DNA of 64,000 nt from Vezdaea acicularis (Eukaryota): NCBI GenBank assembly GCA_026025075.1, contig JAPEUI010000015.1:62001-126000 (forward strand), written 5' to 3'. Within the stretch, counting starts at the first letter, position 1. Each line of letters opens with the position of its first letter. The notes under the pieces were generated by a model. That model was not told where the DNA came from and did no database searches. It saw only the letters and a program-made list of their open reading frames with translations. The position numbers were made by a program, and so were the translations under genes. This document shows positions 59,537-64,000 of this stretch, in pieces.

Positions 59537-62172
59537 CTAGTCCGCCATCACCTTGTCCATATCAATTTCCACATCTCCCTCATCCTCTTCCTCGCCCTCA
59601 CTCACAACCCCAATCCCACTATCCACCTTCCTCCCTCTTCCCCTCCCCTTACCCCGCGTTGGCGTATCAACCATGCATTTAAGCCTACTCTCCACGAACC
59701 GCTCGCCGCCCCCGTCCCGACTCGTCGGCGTCAAAAGTCCACTCGCACTCCCCACCCCTCTCTCCTCACGCTCACGTTCCCATCCCTCCATCACCCCTCT
59801 CATCTCCCTTACAGCCTTCTCACCACGTTCGCGCTCCCGCTTCACCTTCCGCAACAACCCGACCTTCTCCTTCCCAAGCGCAACAACACGCTCCCTAACC
59901 TCAGCCAGCGCGTCCTCTAGATCCTCCCCTTCCTTGCGGAGACCAAGAATGCGCGCGTCGCGCAGGGCGAGGTTCTGTCCGTGGGCGATCTCGCGTTTCT
60001 GCGCCTCTGCCTGGACGCTGGCGAGGGCGGCGTCGCGCTCGGCAAGGAGGGAGTGCAGGCGTGCTTCTGCAGTCGCGCTGGAGGCGGTGGAGCGTTTGAG
60101 AGATTCTTCTAGTTCCGCTGCGCGGACGCGTGAGGTGCGGAGTTGCGCTTTGAGGTCGGAGACGGTGCTGGTGGTTTTGTGGGTGGTGGCTTTGGCGGCG
60201 GTATCGAGCTTTGTGATGAGAGTCTCGAGGCCGCGCACTTCCTCGCGATACCCGCCTAGGGCGGTCTTTAGTTTCGTGAGGGAGGCCTCCTGCGTGGATG
60301 TCTCGGCTTCGAGCTCGTGCACTTGCCGCGTTAGTTGGTCGATGGTGGCGCTCTTGGCGTTTATCTGGGCGTAGAGCGCCTCGTCGCGGGAGCGCTGCGT
60401 CTCGAGGAGAGCGTCGCGGTCTTGTACTTTCTGAAGGAGGTCACGTGTGCGGTCGAGGAGGAGCGTTAGGAGCGCCGGATTGGAGAAGCCGGTTGGTGTC
60501 TCTCCGGGGAGAAGGTATTCGAGCTCTAAGCGGGCGTCACGGAATTGAGACGTGATCGAGGAGAGCATCTCGTCAGTGGAGACACCAGGGAAGCCAAGGG
60601 ACTGGACTTCGGTCCTCAAGGCGGAGAGGGTAGTATTCGTCTCTGATACGTCGGATTGAGCGAGGGTGAGGGTGGTGAGAACTATGTCTAGGGCGGAGTC
60701 GACGTCCGAGATTTGGGAGGAGAGGTCTTCTGGGAGGTGCGGCTGGATTTTAGAAAGGAGGCGGTCGTGCATTGAGGTGAGTTTCTCGAGCGACGCAGTT
60801 AGCGTTTGAAGGGACGATTGTAGTGTGCCGACAGTGGACTTCAGCGTGAGCTTCTCGGTATCTGATCTGGGAGAGTAGGTTGTCTGTGTGCTAGCAGATT
60901 TGGATACGCTGGCTGCTACTTGTAACGCCCCGCTTTCAGATTCTCTGATGTCCGTTACGTTCGCATCAAAATCATCTGCCATGAAACTAGAGTCGTTGCC
61001 AAAGGACACTTGCACCTCTCTTTCAGATTCTAGGGCGCTAATGGTCGGCGATTGATTGCTGTGTTCTTCATGTTCTCTCATGCTCTCTCGCAAGACCTGG
61101 AGCTCTTCTTCGAGTCCTGTGATTCTCAGGCTATCATGGTTTTGCGAGGCGGTATCCGCCGGAATCCCGAGCTGCCGTGCGATTTCCAATTCTTCTTTCA
61201 GCCTCTGCACTTCGAGATCCTTGAGCCGCATTTGTTCCTTGATATCCTGGAGCTCTTTTCTTCTAGCCATAGTAGCTTCACGATTTGCAGCATCAATCCC
61301 GTTAATCTCTTCACTCAGTCCATTGCGACTCAGCCGTCGCCTAACGCGACGATCGAGGATTTGACGGAGTGGGACGAACTGAACAGTACCTGAAGGTATT
61401 GTTTCTGACGACTCTAGCGTGAGCGGGAAAGTTCGTCGCCGGTGTGAGCTTCTGAAAGGTCGTCGAGGTGCAGCAGACAGTAAGCCGGCTGTCACAGAGC
61501 ACCTCTGTACCGCAGGGGTAAGTCCGGTAGACGAGGAAGATACGATCTTAGGGCCAGGGTCGGAGAATCGGACACGCTTCTTGAGTTTCCGAGGGGTGAC
61601 AGTGATAGTATCGCTCCCTTCTCCCTCGTTCCCACTTTCCTCCATGCCCTTCACGAGTTTCATGCTGCTTCTCCTTTTTAGGGTCCCAGGCGTTCGAGGT
61701 GTAGTAGACTCTACATCAGGACACACTCTAATGGCCTCAATTCTGCGAAGTACAGCGGCATATAACGCTTGTCGATCCGGGAAATTGTCGGAGCTTTGCT
61801 CAGATGCTTCCTCCCGAATCAAACCGTGAAATTTCTCTGTCGGCTTATATTCGAGCCTCGACTCCTTCGATAGATACCCCAGAGGTACGAGCATATCACA
61901 TGTCTAACCAAGGAGTTAGCAGAGACCGCGTATATCAAGCAGATGAGCCATACCTTTCTTATGAGCCTTTTATGGGATGTACCTGGTATTTCCGTATATT
62001 CAGAAGCCCGCTCGCAAATACTTTGATCTGTTTGATCATGTTAGGGTTTGTAGAGTATTTGCGGGAATGGTAGGGACGAACTAAGATCAGACACAGTGAA
62101 CGTTCCGGACCATGCTTTGATCTCGGAAATGGCCCGAATGACATCTGCTTCGTTGATGGTATCCATCCTCAT
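59537..62172 (-). CDS. Uncharacterised coiled-coil protein
   Basis: 785-aa ORF extended by two in-frame upstream exons (MRMDTINEADV...; introns GTTCGT..CTAAC..CAG and GTATGG..CTAAC..TAG); KKRVRFSDPGP and LRQILDRRVRRRLSRNGLSEE blocks; long heptad regions. Confidence 0.75.
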
Positions 62173-63548
62173 AGAAGAAGGTGGAGGTGCTGGTTGATAC
62201 TCAGGGACAGGCGGCAATATATTGATATTTGTGGAAGCACCGACTATTTCAGTCGAGCGGATAATAAAAACAACAGACCTGGTTCATCAGGTGCAAAGAT
62301 GAGTGAGAATGCCATCCGCAGCCACCAGATACATTTCTGAGAGTGAAGCCCCGTATGGCAAAGTAAACAAAACAGAGGGGCTAAGCGAAGCCGAAGTGGG
62401 ACATCTTCGACTGGGATGTTTCAACGCGAGGAGACGCGACTCGAAATGATTGGATAGGAGCGGCCCATTTTTGACGACGCCTGCACCAATCCGAAATCTC
62501 GTTGCAATTGGGATTGGCGGAACTTTCGATACGCCAAGTGCACCAAATCAACAATACTAAGCTTTGGAAATTGATCTGATTGTGGGAACCTTTTGCATGG
62601 TATAGCTGGGGACCGGCAACCATTCATAGACAGACATCCGCGTCGATTGTCGCGAGAGGTCCGAAAGCATAAGGGGAATGTGTCCCTATATTGAGTGATC
62701 GCCCAAAATAATGAGCGTATGCTCATGTTTCGAGATGTCGCCAATGTCATGAGTAGTGATGTTGGCCAGGGCTGGTTGGGCTCAAATTAGGAATCGAGGA
62801 AGTTGATCGGAAGGGGTGTGACAAAAGCCTCTAGGACCAGGACTCTTGTACTCATTGAGTGTCCTGGCCAGCTAACGATATTTACGCCTGTAGTGGCCCT
62901 TCATACCGCAGTCATGGCATGCCTTCCGTTTCTTCTTACTGACCCCATCCTGTCGGGGAGGTTCGCGCTGCGACTTTCTCTCTCAGGCCAGCATCTTGCG
63001 GGCGTAAAGCCTCTCCCAACCCCAAGCTGCAAGATGGATCGAGGCTCGCATGCTTGTCGTACGTTTCATTCTGGCGCATCGTGCCTTAAATCATCTTGCC
63101 CCGTCGATCATGCTTTCTATGGTTTCTGGCTGCTTGAGCCGGAACCTGATTTGAGGGCGAATATCTGGCTTGAGCATGCAGGCGGGGCCGAGTCTCAGGT
63201 AGCCATCCGGGGGAAGGTCTACTCTAGACTTGAGGTCATCGAGGCAATCGACCAACTGCTTGACAGTGCAGGAATCCTGGATTACGGCTCGCCATGTCGT
63301 GACGGCTTTGTATGATTGCAAGGACCTCTGGCATGCTTTATATCTTCAAGAAAGCCTTGAAATGCTCCCAGAAATAGATTTGGTAAATGACAACTAGTGG
63401 GTCATTACTGAAATATTCCCCCGATTGCATGGTGGCTAAAAGGATATGATGCGCAGAGAAGGCTCACTAGCGCTGTGCGTTTCGGTGAAGTTTCACCGAG
63501 CTCCGATCGGTTCTCCGGAGAATTTGATTCTGCAGCGAAACTTCCCCA

Positions 63549-64000
<452 letters not shown>

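Overview
This is a gene-dense, intron-rich eukaryotic region from a filamentous ascomycete (Pezizomycotina). The evidence is short GT-AG introns with CTRAC-type branch points and typical fungal orthologues. About 30 protein-coding genes can be built by hand, mostly housekeeping: F-box, NOP7, GAB1/PIG-U, NAT4, NBS1, IRC21-like cytochrome b5, RPEL protein, Pol kappa, DJP1/CAJ1-like J-protein, a nucleotide-sugar transporter, ERG9, RRN9-like, MTC4-like, MIC60, Rab5/Ypt52, SAC1, FPGS, MEF1, NMT1, SWC3-like, an ABHD12/Bem46-like hydrolase, bL36m, ILV1, RCF1, LYRM2-like, ISM1 and a partial LYS12. I found no tRNA, rRNA, CRISPR array or transposase. The most interesting unexplained signals are: (i) a TGA-CTA readthrough context on the J-protein, followed by an open 42-codon extension that looks like a membrane tail anchor; (ii) a non-coding four-unit tandem array at about 25.1-25.7 kb, each unit carrying paired E-boxes and a hairpin whose pairing is preserved despite substitutions; (iii) a motif- and hairpin-dense orphan element at about 41.2-41.55 kb sharing a motif with that array; (iv) an unrecognised secreted six-Cys protein; (v) an in-frame upstream ATG and possible cryptic intron that could give ILV1 a mitochondrial presequence. 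Exon boundaries and family assignments come from reading and recall, not from computation or database searches.
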